From assembly GCA_008632985.1 (NCBI GenBank), contig QPGO01000389.1:1-34389 (forward strand): a stretch of 34,389 nucleotides of DNA, read 5' to 3'. A program made the translations under genes and the position numbers. Positions 11,865 to 24,500 of the stretch are shown here, piece after piece. Positions within the stretch are counted from its first letter, which is position 1. Every line of letters starts with the position of its first letter. The DNA comes from Psammoneis japonica. Taxonomy: Eukaryota. The notes below the pieces were generated by a model. That model was not told the DNA's origin, ran no database searches, and saw only the letters and a program-made list of their open reading frames with translations.

Positions 11865-12026
11865 CCAGCGGTGTCGGGACAATCTAACGGACATCCAGGA
11901 CAGATGACAATCGTGCACTGGATGAGAAAGAAAGTGAGCAAAGGAGAGATCATCGGATCTCTCCATGCTGTCTGTGCTGGTCTGTCCGACACAAGGGAGT
12001 GTGCTCCCCATCTCGGATGTCTGTCA
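11865..12026 (-). repeat. 5' LTR of A2 (last ~7 bp and PBS deleted)
   Basis: CCGCTGG joins directly to CAGCAGTGCG; the ~16-nt LTR-end/PBS segment present in A1 (~1362-1377) is missing. Confidence 0.88.
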
Positions 12027-13112
12027 GCATCTTTTCCAAGAACAACCCACAACCTTCTCATGTGTGAGGCACTTGCTCTGTTTGGGTCGCTTTGCGTGCC
12101 ATTCTTGTCTCATCACGACGTGACATTTTTCCTGAACATTCTCTCAATCAATCCGCGGCAGATGCTCACACAGCGAAGTTGTTTGCACACAAGTCATGCA
12201 CAACTTGACATTGTGATCGATTTTTGTCCTTTGCTTGGCTTGTTGTCGCCTTGTGGCTGCGTTCTCGTCGTCATGGTGGCATCTCTCTCATCGTGTGTTT
12301 TTGTTCTGTTAATTCCAACTTCACCAATGTAGTTGGTTTAACACCCTGGTTAAATGATCAACCTCCATTGACAAAATGTGCAGAATCAGGGTTGCAACAT
12401 GTTCGTGTGTGGATGAAGTGGGGGCGTGCACAAAAGCATGATGCAGTTTGGGAAGCACTGCACAGGCATGACCCTGTGACATCCGCAAAAAGGCTTCGTG
12501 ATGTCAGGTGTGTGCATGGGCATGGTCCAGTTTGGACAGAGTCTAACAGCGCTGCAGCTCAGAGAGCAAATGCAGTCTGCTCGCGTCAACACATGCTGGG
12601 GGCACATGCGGCATTTCAGTGCATGTCATGGAGAGGGTGTGTGTCATTCCATCCTCATACAAAAGCACGCATGTTCACCATGCACGTAGAATCAGCACCA
12701 AGATTTACTCAGTTTGAAATCTTGTGCTTCTCCCTCACGACTCACGAAGTTTTGAGGCCATGTTCGCGCGGCCACCATTGCAATTTTTGAAAAAACTCAT
12801 GACCTGCCTTCATCAATTCTTTGGTCCTGCTGGCAGGTACAAAGAAGCCCAGGACCACTTCTTGGAGGCAAACAATGGTCAACAAGGGTGTTTGCAGTTG
12901 TTGCAAGTGCAGTGTTGATGGTTTCATTGCCTCAAACTAGTCGCATCACGGATTCGCGAAATGGTCCATCGGTCTGTCGGTCTGTCTGTTGACATGGAAG
13001 TCTGACCTTTGTCCAGGGGTCAGGCCGGATTTTCAGTGTGCGTTGTAGAGAGGGCACATGTTAAAAAGCATGTGTTAGAGCGAGCAGACTGTGCTCCTGT
13101 CAACCACACAGA

Positions 13113-13582
13113 AGTCGAAGCTCGCGTGTCCACGCAAGCTCCGAGTGCCTTCCTAACGTGTCGACTGGATGTCCGCTCCAGATCGACACCTCAGCAGAGT
13201 GCAAGTTGATGGAATCTGCTGATGAGCAGTGACGAGCATTTGGTCTTTCACAAAAGTGCTGGTGACCAAATTGTGAGCCACCAGACTGAATCTGCTGAAT
13301 GCACCCAAACAGAGGTTGATCCGCAGGTTTGTGCTGGTGACCAGTGCAAACTTCAGGGTCAACCACATTCACAACAATCATCCAAATGCTGCTGAACCAA
13401 TCTGTGGTTGGTCCAACATCTGTGCAAAGCCTGTGATCTCCAAAGCACCGCCTGTGATCCCCAAAGCATTCGGCTTGAGAATCAAGTCGACGTGGCGCGA
13501 AAAGAATTTCAACAAGAATTCCGACTGATGGAAGTGCAGACACAACAGAGAATCTGGGTTGGTGGACAGACGAACCACGACT
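13113..13582 (-). repeat. 3' LTR of B (~470 bp)
   Basis: Aligns with 28018-28490; ends AGTCG...CGACT. Confidence 0.93.
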
Positions 13583-13770
13583 CTCCCTCTCATTCACAGA
13601 TTCCAGCAACCAACAAGAAAATCGCAAACAAGAAAGCTCACACAATTGGCACAAGTTCAGAGCAAAGCTCCTGCATCTTGACCGAGCCACAACATGTGAC
13701 AAACAAAGGAAGCGATGCTTCCAAAGTGCTGCCACCCTTGGACCTTCAACTGGTTGTTCTCGAAGAGCTC

Positions 13771-16700
13771 TCAAGTCAAAGGCTTGGCAAGATGATCGGC
13801 AAGTTGCTCGGCTGATTCCACCTTGATCATGTCAAACTCATCACAATGTGACCAGATCCAATGCCACTTGATGAGAAAACACTTGGTGCGATTGGCGATG
13901 CGGTGGTTGGCAGCCAGGTGGCAAGTGCCTTGATTGTCTTCAAACACACGCGCACGAACCGAAGTCCTGAGATCTTGGGAGATGTCTGGGGCAAAGACGA
14001 TCTCAAGGAGCAGGTTCTTCAAAGGCAGGAGAGTCCAAAGAGCACAGGAGGCGGCTTGATGCTTGGCTTCGAGGGTGGAGCAGGAAACAGCCGACTGGAG
14101 CTGCGATTTCCACACCAAAGGGCATCCACTGAGAGTTGTGATGCATCCGGTGCAAGACCTCACGGAACTCGGATCAGAATCCGCTTTGCAGCGACAGAGA
14201 CCAGCAAAATCGGCATCGACCCACAGATCAAGATCCAAATGACCGGTTGGAGACAGCAGCATCCCCTGATCATGCGTCCTCTTCAAGCAGCGGACCAGAG
14301 TCTTGACGGCAGTGGCGCGCGACTGTTTCGGGTTGGAATTGAAGCGTGCAACCTGACTGACGGCGAGGGAAATGTCAGGACGGGTGTTGGTGGACAAACA
14401 CAGGAGCATTCCAACGACGGAGGGACAACTCCAGTCCTCCTGCATAGGATCTCCGTCCGCATCAGTGCCAAGGGCTTGGGATGCCGCGGGGAGCAAGTTC
14501 GGTTTGCTGTCAACCAAGCCGGCAGCCAACAGGATCTTGTCAATCAACCCTTTTTGTGTCAACTTGACAGTGCCGTCGTCTCTCCTTTCGAACTTGACAC
14601 CCAAGAACTTGGTGAAGCTGCCCTCCTTCGTCAATTCAAATCCTTTTGTGGCTGAAATGTCAACTGATCAATGGTGGACTCCTCCTGCGCTGCACTGATC
14701 CCACAATCGTCGACATGCAGGCAGACCATGCAATCATGGCGGAGCAGGAGACATTGGCCACACTCGCTTTGGATGAAACCCAAGTCCAGGGGGGCTTGCA
14801 GACAATGTTCACGCCACAACTTTGGAGCCGAAGAGAGTCCATGGAGACTCTTGACGAGCTTGAGACAAGTCTCAGGTCCTTTCGTCGAACCGAAACCTCG
14901 TGGAAGATGAATCCAAACTGGTTCTTCCGCGGGAAGCACTGCTTGAACGAATGCGGACTGGAAATCAGCGGATGCCATGTGCCATCCAAGAATGAGACTC
15001 AATGCCAAAAATGCTCGAACCGCACTCCATGCCACAACCGGTGCACAAGTGTCAAACAGACTTCCTTCCTGCAGATCGCCGCGACAACAGTGGCAAGCCT
15101 TGCACTTCTTGATCTCGCCTGAAGGTGATCGCTTGCGACGAAACACCCAAGTGCCGGGAAGGATCTTGGTTTGAGCATCGGCTGCAGGTGCCTCGACTCA
15201 CGTTCCTTGATGGACAAGTGCAGCAATCTCGATCTCAGCCGCTTTCAACCACTTGTCGTGATCGGAAGAGCGCATGGCCTCGTCCCACAATGGCGCATCC
15301 AGATCCTTGACTTTGCGCACCGATGCCTCATGTGTGGCAGGAGTGGTCATGGATGTGTTGCAGCTGTGGTCAAACTTGTGTGCACAATGGAAATCAATGA
15401 AGTGGGGCAAGTGTCCGTGTCCCTGAGATCCATCATGTCCAAACTGCTGGGGTGCAGCGCGATTCGGGTAGAGCGACGAACTGGGGTTGGAGAGGGGCAT
15501 TGTGCGCTGGGTGGAGCCACAGGGGGTGACTCCCTCTCTTGACCGAGATCCGAAAAAAGGCTTCGAGGGGTGGGAGGCTCCCTCTGAGGACTTGGTGATG
15601 CATTTGAGTTGGTGGCAGGTGCTCTCTCCCTCTGAGGCGAGTCTGAAGCCACGGGCGGGTTCAGGAGGAGACTCTAAAGGAGGCATGGACTCCACCTCAG
15701 GGATTGGAGGTTCCACAACAGGACTCGAGGGGGGCTCGGGAGAAGATGCTGGTGCCTGAGCAGCCGGAGGAGGGACCTGCAAGGGTTTGGGAGGCGACCG
15801 GCGGGTGACGGTTTGCGGATTTCCTCGGATCGGCGCTCATGTTCTGGGCATTCTTGACGGACATCGATGTCAGCCTGCTCTTCATCATCCATGGTGTGTT
15901 GACACACACTGTCTCCGAAAAGAGACGTCCATTCCGGAGACCCAATGGCAGGTGATGAGCTGGCATCGGCAGGAACCGTCGCAAACCAATCATCAAAAAC
16001 GACATGGAATTGTGGAGTGATGGCTCCCATTTCAAGACTCAAGACTGGCGGGACTGACGAGGCATGCTCGGGGCTGAGTCCCACATGGACATGCCGACTC
16101 GTGCGGGGTTTCCACTTGGGCAGTTTCTTTCCATCGGCGAGAGCTTTGTCAAGAACGTAAACAGGGCACCCCCAAACATGACAATCCTGGAACCGAGAGT
16201 GAGGGTTGCGCATCTGGGTGAACACATCCTGTGGACTTAGACCCGCAGATGGGTCTGGCATCGCGTTGTAAAGCACAACAGCGTGATCCACAGCCAAAGG
16301 CCAAAGAGCAGCGTCCGCAACATCAGGCCAATGGATCGCCGCGTGCAATGTCACACTTCTCGCGATCGACATCGCAGTGTGCATTGCTCGTTCACAAACC
16401 CCATTGTGATGGTGAGCTCCCACACCGGCGTGCTTTGAAACTTGAGCAAAAGATTCCAAATGAACCCTGAAATTGGCCGACGTGAATGCCTTTCCGTTGT
16501 TGCTTGGACATTCTTGGGGAATGACGCCATGATCATGACAATGGGCCTCAAACGCGTTCTTGGCCATCAAAGTTTCATGGGTGTTGAGGTGAGTTTGATG
16601 TTGAACGTTGATGCAACCGGATGCATGATCCACAAAGATTGCTCCGCCTGAACAATGATGTTTTATGCTCTCCTTTCCAAAAGTGTGTTCCAGGTGACCA

Positions 16701-18220
16701 CGAGTGGAACAAACAAAATGATCAACCAACACTCGTTGACTGGGGAACAGTTGGTCCTTCTTTAAAGCTCCAGCTGATCCTTGACGACATGAGAAGTCTT
16801 TCCGGGGCTGGGACGGCGTTTTTGTTTTCCACATTGGCACGTGGCACAAAGGGGCGGACGATCGATGTGGCAAGCACGTTCATGCAAACGACGGGTGCCC
16901 TCGGAGTGGGGTGGAACTCCCGCACGCATCAAAAATTGCACCTTTTGAAAGCTCAGATGCCCGAGACGAAAGTGCCAACGCAGCAGCTCCTTTTCAGCAG
17001 GTGAGATGTTGTGATTGTGCTCCACAATCGTCGACAATGTCAAATGAAACTCCTCACAAATTTGTTGACTTGCTTGATTCGCGTAGGCCCATCCCACCGG
17101 CAGGTTAGTTGAAGGTTCAATCAACACTTCAACACCTCGCCTGTGTCCTTGTTTGCAATTCTTGGATCCACTGAGGATGGTGCGGTCTGACAGCAGCTCG
17201 ATGGACTCATCCGAGCATGTCTGCAAGAGACTTGTTGTGCTCAAGTGACGAGCCTTGGACTTGGGGACGTAGCAGGCTGGAACCTTCAGGGTCCAAAGCA
17301 CCCCAGCAACATCAACAAAAGACCAAGTGATGTGTCCAACACCTGCCACATGGAGCCCCTTTGCGACACCTTGGAGCCGGGTGGCGACAGGTGGTTTCTC
17401 GAGAGGCCCGACGAAGTTGTCCTTGCAAGGTGAGACTGACACGCTTGCTCCTGAGTCCCAAATGACCGGGAAAGCATGCTCTTTGACCACTTCCTTTGTC
17501 TCCTTGGGACTCGCAAACGCCACCTTGAGAGCGCTGGCAACAGAAAGCAGAGGTGACGGGACGTCAGCATTGGCAAGATGAGCCTTGGCTGCTGGGAAGT
17601 AGATGGCGTCAAGCTGGGAGTGCGTCAAACCGTGCACAACGTTCAAACCAACAGGGCAATGCGTGGGTGTGTGGAGGTTCCGACGACCTTGATGACAAAT
17701 GTCGGGACCCCTTTTTAGAGTGGTGCTCTTGCAACGTCTGGCGCCCTTGGGACGACCGGCTTCTCCCTCTTGACCGAGGAGAGGACGTGCGCGCGTGAAG
17801 GTGAGTGACTGCTCGAAGGCCTTGACCTCTTCACTGAGGTCGTGCAACTGAGTGCGCTGCTGCTGCTTGATGTTGGGCGCCCCACGGGCACGTTGGACGA
17901 GAGAGGGATGCCTGGGTGGAGTGCGGCAGCGTCCGCAGCAAGGCTGGAGCTCCCACAGGCAATGACACCCCCAATGTTCACGACGCTTGGAGAACTTGGT
18001 TCCTTGGCGTGTGGCCCAGCAGGGAGGAGGGGGTGGAGGAGGAGCACGCAGTGCTTCGGCGCGAGCATCATGCTCAAACTTAGATGGCAAGAATGCAGCT
18101 GCTAGAAGGAGAAGGAACCAGAAAGTGGGTGAAGGATGGAGATGCCAATGTGACGAGACGTGCAACGCAACGACCGTCACGAGCCAGACCATGGCGTCGA
18201 CTCCAACAATCCACCAGTCG
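13771..18220 (-). pseudogene. pol: B pol: hydrophobic linker, protease, integrase, RT, RNase H (frameshifted)
   Basis: PR VIWDSGAS; LLRWHFRLGHLSF..CATCQCGK; IN VDHF/FVDHAS/NGVCER/WGCPVYVL/LPKWKPR; RT DFQSAFVQ/KSLHGL/LHVDD; RH WVDADFAG/STLEA/FEDNQG/QLADHLAK. Confidence 0.93.
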
Positions 18221-18496
18221 TGACAGGATTTGAACAGGATTTGGGTGCGCGCGAAATGTCGCGCGCTGTTTAGTTTGCCGCACACAGTTTTGTGTGCTTT
18301 AGTTCTGCGCGTTCGCACACGATGCAGTTTGCTTTCGAGCCACTCGGCTCACAAGAATGATGACAGTGGCCCGATTGTGCCGACTTGCACGTCCTTCGGC
18401 TCCTGTGACGGTCTCTGAGCGGAGACTCATCTGCTGTTCAGACAGCAGCAAGGAGCCATTGTTTGAATTCTTGCCATTTGCCTTCAATTTCTGTCA
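18221..18496 (+). repeat. 5' LTR of C
   Basis: TG...CA ends with a 6-bp terminal inverted repeat; matches 25611-25886. Confidence 0.95.
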
Positions 18497-18507
18497 GATT
18501 GACAGTC
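18497..18507 (+). promoter_or_regulatory. Putative PBS of C (half-tRNA-Asn type)
   Basis: GATTGACAGTC equals GATTAACAGTC after one TA>TG change, which is the complement of a tRNA-Asn(GUU) anticodon loop GACTGTTAATC. Confidence 0.45.
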
Positions 18508-19437
18508 TTGCTCATTGTCAACCCATTGAGCAACCGCCATTGTCGTCGTTGATTTACCAAACGATGCTGTTTCAATTCTGCGTGGACCTCTGTGTGTGTT
18601 CTACGTGCGTCGGCAAGTCTGCGCGCATTCAACACCAGGCATCGGCAGGAAGTTAACACCACCGTCAAGTCTCCTCACGGCTGGACATCTGGATTGATCA
18701 CACTGCCTTTTGTCGCTGAAGACACACATTCAATGGCCATGTCCAAGTCCATCCTTGATCCTCATCCCTTGACACACCCACCCAACGGTCAACAGTCAAG
18801 AACCCTGCACATTCAAGGATCTTCGTCGCTGAAGACACACACACATCTGTGTCTTCACGGCCAAGAACTTGTGCCCACTCTTTGGACTGCGGCTTTGCTG
18901 CCACTCTGGCAAGCACACCGAGTCTTGCACCTGATCTGCCCCGGACTGCTGGTGCTCTGCAGTTCTGCCAGGTCCACGAGGACGACTGTGAGAGCAAGCA
19001 GCCGTGGTTGCAGCCTGCGTTGGGGCAAGGGTGTTTTCCCGCGTTTGTTCGTTCATCCACAGCGCCTGACGCCTGCGTCAACTGGCCAGCCTGATCGGGA
19101 AATCCAACCAACATAAAATGAGAATGGTCCGGGGGTCTTGTCCACCTCCAGTCAGCTCACCTGCAGGGGTTTGCAACCCGCTGCTCCGCTCGCAAGCAAC
19201 CCAAAGCGCTGCTGGCTGTGTGGGTTTGGACGTGCCGGCACAACTCTACAGACCGGACAGGAAGTTTAGCACTTGACAATGAACGGGACAGCACAACCCG
19301 GCGACTTCTGATTTTTTAAGACAGCTCAAGATTCCAAGTCAAGTCTGTTTCAAGTCAAGTCCATTCTCACCCAAGTTTCAAGTCTGCCTTCGCGTCCCAA
19401 CCAGAGACGTGTTCCAGCCGCACATGAACCAAATCGT

Positions 19438-19937
19438 GCACAAAAACGACATTTGCGCGATTTTTGTGCGGTCCCTAACTTGCGATCAAACTTTCACCAC
19501 CAAAAGTGTGGATTTGTGCAAGTGCAAATGTTTTGCAACACTGACAAGACTCGTGTGAGTGTTGCAATGTCATTGTCACTGTGCCATCCATGTTTTTCAT
19601 TGCGCCAAAAGATTCGCAACACAACGGATGATTTTCGGCAAAAATGTTGCTGTTGTTTGGATGTCACCCAAACACATCTTTCTACGATGCTGCTTGGTGG
19701 GTTTTCCACCTGCAAAGAAATCTCAGTGTAAATCCACTGACGTGCAATCAGTGTTGAGTCTGCTGAGGAAGTTTGTGACACATGTCCCATGAGGACTTGA
19801 ACACCCCACAAAAAACCATTTAAATGTTCATGCTCCAGACGCCTGCAAAAGCCAATCTGCTCAAGCATTTTGTGTGAAAATGCTCCATGCACTAAAAGAC
19901 ACACAATTTACATTCAAAATTGATTGTCGTTTTGTGC
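19438..19937. mobile_element. Putative MITE-like insertion (~500 bp) in the C 5' UTR
   Basis: Imperfect terminal inverted repeats GCACAAAAACGACA (19438-19451) / TGTCGTTTTGTGC (19925-19937); more AT-rich than its flanks; TSD not clear. Confidence 0.4.
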
Positions 19938-19995
19938 GTCACCTGGGTCTGGAACACGTCCAGAATCGCTTGTCCTGACACCGCTTTTGTCTGCC

Positions 19996-21595
19996 ATGGT
20001 TCTCACTCGTCAGCAACAAACTGATGGTTTCGAGCACCTTGTTGGAACCGTGCTTGCCCAAGGTGCTGGAAGCCCTCTTCGTTTGGCTTTGAACCACAAC
20101 GGCACGGACTCGCATCAAGAACTGTTCACATTCATGCCGTCCCAAATCGACTCGCTTGAGTGCGACAATGGCGCTAATGTGATCCCTTTGCCCCGTGGTT
20201 ATAAGAACATGTTGGCAGCTCTGGGTTGGTCTGTGCATTGTCAAAGCACACAAAGGTCTTGATGTTGCCAATGACTCCTCGTTGTTCGCACATGAGGAGT
20301 TCCTTGCCTGCCGCCTCAGTCCCGACTGCATGTCGTCTGTGTCCGTCGGCAGCTTGCCTCTTGCACCTCCACACGTCACCAACCCGACCAAGGCACGTGA
20401 CCCGGTGCGAGACTTCAAGCGAGGCATCAAGCGTGGCCCCACTGCTTTCACGGCTCTCAAATCCGACAAGCAGTGGCACACTTGGCACACCTCACTTGTG
20501 GCACAAGCCCGTGCCCAAGACGTCCAGTGCATTCTAGACTCGTCGTACAAACCGACCAGCCCTGAAGACAAACTGCTCTTTGCTGAACAGCAAAAGCACA
20601 TGTTCGCCGTCTTCGAACGCATCCTTCTCACCGACAAGGGCAAGGCTCTCATTCGCGAAAATGTGGGGTCTTCTGATGCCCAGACCGTCTGCCGCGCCGT
20701 GTCCGAGCATGCGCTCGCCTCCACCCACGCATCTGTCGAGTCCTCCACCTTGCTCACGCACCTTGCCACTGCACGTCTTGGTGATGGCACTTGGAAAGGT
20801 CCGACCCACGGGTTCATCCTTCATTGGCAGGATCAGTTGCTCAAGCACGAGGCACTCATCCCGGCCAGTGACCACTTCTCTGAAGGACAGAAGCGTGTCA
20901 TGCTCGAGAATGCCACACATCCTGTCGAGGAACTCCGTGCCGTCAAGAACCAAGCTGATCAGCATCGCACGCAGAGTGGCAAGAGCCTCACATGCGATCA
21001 ATGTTGTGGCTTGCTCCTCTCCGCGGCAGCCCAGTGCGACAGCACGTTTCAACCCAAGACAACACCTCGAGCTCCCCGACGTGCCACACACGCACACGAC
21101 GTCTGCTCCGAGGAACCATCCGATGATGTGTTCCATGACATCGACAGCGACATTGACGTCCTTCAGGCCAACGCTGCCTGCGCCCGCGGTCCCAGCCTCG
21201 CCGGTGACCAATGGAAACGTCTCCCTCCAAACCACCAACGGATTTGGGATTTGTTGCCCCATTCCTCCAAGGCAATCATCCTTGAGCATTCTCGTCCGCC
21301 TCCCTGCAACCCGCAAGCCAGCAACTGCCATGAGTCCATTGCGGTCAACCTTCATGACCAACGACTTGGGAGTGACGGTGATGTCAACTTGTCCAACACG
21401 ACTCCTGCTGACTCTGGTGACCCCACTCCAAATGTGGATGCCACTTCAGATGATCCCATCCTGGCGCACCTCACCAAGCGCAAGCCACTGCCACCCGGTG
21501 ATCTGCGCCGCCTGTTGTCTCCCAACCAAGCCTCCAACGCCAGTCAAACCGGGCCCATCCACCGCTCCCTCTACCTCGCCTGCTCCTGCAGATGA
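19996..21595 (+). pseudogene. gag: C gag (frameshifted)
   Basis: MVLTRQQ start at 19996; DFKRGIKR..F..LKSDKQWHTW..ARAQDV and FILHWQDQ motifs of the kind seen in diatom copia Gag; lies upstream of the protease. Confidence 0.8.
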
Positions 21596-24500
21596 CACGG
21601 AACTTAACGGCCGCACTTGCCGCCGCGTTGATGACCACAATGTCATTTGCTCTGCCTCCGCTCATTGCTCCACACGCACTGGTGCTCCAGTTGATCGTGG
21701 AGCCAACGGCGGCATTGCTGGTGACGACGTTCGCGTCATTGCATGCACCTCTTGCCAAGTCAACGTTCAGGGCATTGACGACCATCAATTGGTGGACATC
21801 CCCATTGTCGCCGCTGGTGCCGTCATTGAGACCCAGCGTGGTCCCGTCATCGCCATCCTCCATCAGCGCCGCATGCACGGGCAAGGGCAAGACCATTCAT
21901 TCCTGTGGCCAGCTCAAATGGTGCAAACAGGATGTCAATGATCGCTCTGTCAAGGTGCCCAACGGCTTGCAACGCATTGCCACTCCTGATGGCCATGTCA
22001 TCCCCATTGACATCAAGGGCGGCCTGCCTTGTGTTGCCATGTGACCTTGCACTGACGCCGAATGGGACACCCCACCCCACATCATCCTCACCGGTGATGA
22101 CACATGGGATCCTTCCATCCTCGATCACTCTGTCACTGACGACGACCAGTGGTGCGACGCAATCTCTGACCTGCAGGACGATCCCACTGCCAACCCATTT
22201 GACGAACACAGCAACTGCTGTCATCGTGTCGTTGTCAACAAGACCATCATGTCCGCTTCCTTGTCTGCTGATCACGCGTCCGCCCTCGATGACCACCTCA
22301 TTCCGAATGACGACGTGTTCACGAGTGTCACCTGCACGCAATTGACCCCAAGGACGTCGACGTTCCGCCCCCGGAGCGCACTGTGCAGCCCAAGGACCCC
22401 CCCTGCGAGTCTCTTCAGCCTCACTTTGGCTTCCCACCCACCGATGCGGTCCGTCGCACTTTTGACTGCACCATGCAGTGTGCCCGCATGCCCGCCGGTG
22501 CACACCTTAGGAAGGCCCACAAATCACCCAACCCTGCCCTTAATGTGCACCGCCACAACGAGCCTGTCGCCACTGATCCATTTGTGCCGACACCCCGGCT
22601 GTCGACTCTGGTTGCACCAGCGCCCAACTGTTTGTTGGCACCGAGTCTACCGTCACTGACGTCTGCGGCACCAAAACGGACAAAGAGTTTGTCAACACAC
22701 TCGAGGATCAGATCCGTGAGCGTGGTGCTCCATCCAAACTCATCAGCGACCGTGCTCAAGTTGAGATCAGCAACAAGGTGCTCAGAATCCTGCGAGCCCT
22801 CTTCATCTCCAGCTGGCAAAGTGAGCCTCACCAGCAACACCAAAACTTTGCCGAACGTCGACACCAGACCGTGAAGCGCATGGCGAACACTGTCATGGAC
22901 CGCTTCGGTTTGCCCGCCCACATGTGGCTGCTGGCGCTCATGTGCGTGTGCTTCATGCTCAACCATGCAGCATCCCCACGTCTCCACTGGCACACGCCCC
23001 TCGAGACTCTCACTGGCTCCACCCCGGACATCAGCCCATTGCTTCGCTCTCACTGGTGGGAACCAGTGTACTTCCACCTCGATGACTCTGATTGGCCGTC
23101 CGAATCCCGTGAGTTGTGTGGACGCTTTGTTGGCATTGCCAAGCACGTCAGCCACCAGATGACCTTCAAGATTCTCTCTGATGAGACTCAGAAGATCCTC
23201 TGCCGGTCCAACGTACAGTCCGCCACCACCGATCCCGCCGTTCGAAACCTGCGTCTTGATCCTCCTGATGGGGAGCCACCTGAACCCATCATTAAATCTC
23301 GCCATGACGACAACCCCGTCGATTCACCCGATGGGGAGATCAGGACACCCAAGATGCCAGTTTTTGATCCGCAAGACATCATCAGATGCACCTTCCTCAT
23401 GCAGCCACAAGAGGACGGACAACGCCACAGAGCTCGCATCGTCAAGGCCGTCGAAGACCACGAATGGAAAGTGAACGGCAACCCCGAGCTCACCAAGTTT
23501 GTCTGCTCTGTCAACAATGACGAACACGAGGAAGTCCTGGCCTGCAACGACATCATGAATCACATTGAGTGAGAAGACGAAGACACTGCTGTTTGGAAAT
23601 TTCAACGCATTGTGTCACACGAAGGACCTCTGAAGCCTCATGACCCAACCTGGGATGGCTCAAGCTACAACATTGTGCTTGAATGGGAAAGTGGGGAGAT
23701 CACGTCCGAGCCTCTTGCCATCATCGCCAAGGACGACCCTGTCACCTGCGCCATCCATGCACGAGAGAACGGACTTCTCGACACTGATGGCTGGAAGCGG
23801 TTCCGCACCATCGCGAGGCGCCAGAAGAAGCCACTCCGCATGGCCAACCAAGCCAAGCTTCGCTCCTTCTGCACTGCACCTGCTACAAGCACGGATGCGA
23901 AGTTCCCCGGAGCTGCAAACACGCCATGTCACTAGACGAACGCAACGGCAACCGCAAATGGGGAGACGCAACTAATCTCGAGATGGACCAACTCGATGAA
24001 CATGAAGTCTTTCATGACTGCAGGCCCTCCGAGTCTTCCACTCCTCCTGCGGGACACAAGAAGATCCGAGTGCACCCAGTGTGCGACGTGAAACACGACG
24101 GCCGCCACAAGGCACGACTGCAGCCGATGGGCACCTCATGGACGTACCCATCAACAGTGTCCACTCCAGAGTGGTCTCCCTCCGTGGCCTTCGGCTGATG
24201 ATTTTCCTGGCCGAACTCAACGAGTTGGAGACATGGGCCACCGACATTGGCAATGCCTGCCTTGAAGCCACCACCAAGGAGAAGCTGTACATTGCAGCTG
24301 GACCCGAATTTGGCAAACTCGAAGGCCACATTCTTGTCATCCACAAGGCCCTGCATGGACTGCGCAGCTCCGGCCTCCGCTGGCACGAGCGCTTCGCCGA
24401 CTGCCCACAAGCTGAAGGTTTCTTCCCCTGCCGCGCCGAACCTGACATTTGGACGTGCAGGAACGGCGACCACTGCGAATGTGTTGCTGTTCATGTGGAT

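Larger units (their letters stand above)
9366..12026 (-). mobile_element. Non-autonomous LTR element A2 (family A LTRs, gag-like ORF only, no pol)
   Basis: LTRs 11865-12026 (5', 3'-truncated) and 9366-9534 (3'); TSD GCATC at 9361-9365 and 12027-12031; PPT at 9535-9543; ~70 bp upstream of the PPT match A1; no PR/IN/RT motifs in 2.66 kb. Confidence 0.92.

Noticed and set aside
12032..12930. Possible decayed host gene divergent from the former hydroxylase promoter
   Set aside because: No recognisable protein motif, and the stop-depleted background makes these ORFs uninformative.
18216..18220. TSD of C (AGTCG) is identical to the terminal 5 bp of the B LTR
   Set aside because: A 5-bp match within a multi-kb target is easily chance; one case gives no evidence of targeting.
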